64,000 bases of DNA, taken from assembly GCA_964560025.1 (NCBI GenBank), contig CAZLKC010000001.1, forward strand, positions 89,010 through 153,009. Reading direction: 5' to 3'. How positions within the stretch are numbered: position 1 is the stretch's first letter; each line of letters begins with the position of its first letter. Of the stretch, positions 63,758 to 64,000 are shown one piece after another. The DNA is from an uncultured Dehalococcoidia bacterium. Its GTDB lineage: Bacteria; Chloroflexota; Dehalococcoidia; Lucifugimonadales; Australimonadaceae. The translations under genes and the position numbers were made by a program. The notes under the pieces are model-generated. The model ran no database searches, was not told the DNA's origin, and saw nothing but the letters and a program-made list of their open reading frames with translations.

Positions 63758-63789
63758 CGTTCGCCCATCGAGTTACCACAGGGCGAACG
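63758..63789. repeat. Copy E of the palindromic repeat (CGTTCGCCC-N14-GGGCGAACG)
   Basis: Perfect 9-bp arms at 63758-63766 and 63781-63789. The loop ATCGAGTTACCACA is related to copy A's loop TCGAGTTCCCTC. Confidence 0.7.
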
Positions 63790-63849
63790 GGGGGGGCTTG
63801 CCCCGTGTCGTCGGGGCGTGTTTTACGAATCGGGGCGCCGCGCGTCGAG

Positions 63850-63869
63850 GTTCCCGCCGCCGCGGGAAC
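63850..63869 (-). terminator. GC-rich hairpin GTTCCCGC-CGCC-GCGGGAAC, 20 nt downstream of the partial CDS stop
   Basis: Perfect 8-bp stem with a 4-nt loop. There is no adjacent U-tract, so intrinsic-terminator function is uncertain. It resembles the 'FPxxRE' REP-type hairpins. Confidence 0.3.
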
Positions 63870-63888
63870 GACGGATGGGGGGCTCGCC

Positions 63889-64000
63889 TCAGTACTTCGA
63901 CGACTCCTCCGCGTACACGTGGTCGGGCATGTTGTAGGTGATGCCCTCCTCGTCGAACACCGACACGTCGAACAGCCCCGTCAGTTTGTTGTTCCGGCGC
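63889..64000 (-). CDS. 3' end of an unidentified CDS running off the window
   Basis: The reverse strand reads ...RRNNKLTGLFDVSVFDEEGITYNMPDHVYAEESSKY-stop (TGA at 63889-63891) with coding-like composition. Too short for the ORF track or a family call. Confidence 0.4.
   Translation of the reverse strand, partial: RRNNKLTGLFDVSVFDEEGITYNMPDHVYAEESSKY

Noticed and set aside
63346-63768. Track ORFs 63346..63768 (-), 63351..63692 (-), 63475..63735 (+) and 63683..63937 (+)
   Set aside because: They run through repeat modules, are highly basic, have no start context and overlap each other. I treat the region as non-coding.

Overview
High-GC (about 70% by eye) bacterial chromosomal window. The dispersed 'LRANG/FALRELEG'-type palindromic repeats and Pro/Thr linkers suggest Chloroflexota/Thermomicrobia, but that placement is a guess. 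I support about 65 CDSs, 2 tRNAs, 1 decayed IS element, 2 probable pseudogenes and several repeat families. I found no rRNA, CRISPR array or recognisable prophage, and no obvious transcription factor gene anywhere in the 64 kb. Layout: (1) 1.3-19.1 kb holds three paralogous three-subunit molybdenum hydroxylase sets (xanthine dehydrogenase/CoxLMS family) interleaved with UbiD, UbiX, CoxG, an LLM oxidoreductase, a MoaD-like GG protein and an aminotransferase. (2) 19.1-25.7 kb is a hydrolytic tail (isochorismatase-like amidase, class II aldolase, deaminase, a/b-hydrolase, MFS, formamidase) interrupted by a lower-GC VapBC pair. (3) 25.7-31.3 kb carries GDPD, GT4, a lipoprotein made of two near-identical tandem PstS domains, an aquaglyceroporin and ArsC. 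(4) 31.4-35.6 kb holds small catabolic genes. (5) 35.6-41.7 kb has a double ATPase/permease ABC system, a PT-rich CAP-domain protein, a DnaJ-type zinc-finger protein and tRNA-Lys. (6) 42-50.2 kb has an MFS gene, selA, an IS5-family relic, a lower-GC islet with a frameshifted collagen-like lipoprotein, CMD/LLM/M20/DUF1989 genes, tRNA-Leu, and an ORF pair that I read as one AhpD-like selenoprotein (CxxU motif with a SECIS-like hairpin). (7) 50.2-54.7 kb is MoxR-DUF58-transglutaminase. (8) 54.8-64 kb has pcm, a sirC-hemC-cobA/hemD-hemB cluster, Fe-SOD, an M20D amidohydrolase, a VOC protein and a repeat-packed intergenic region. All functional calls rest on motif recognition in the supplied translations; no database search was run.
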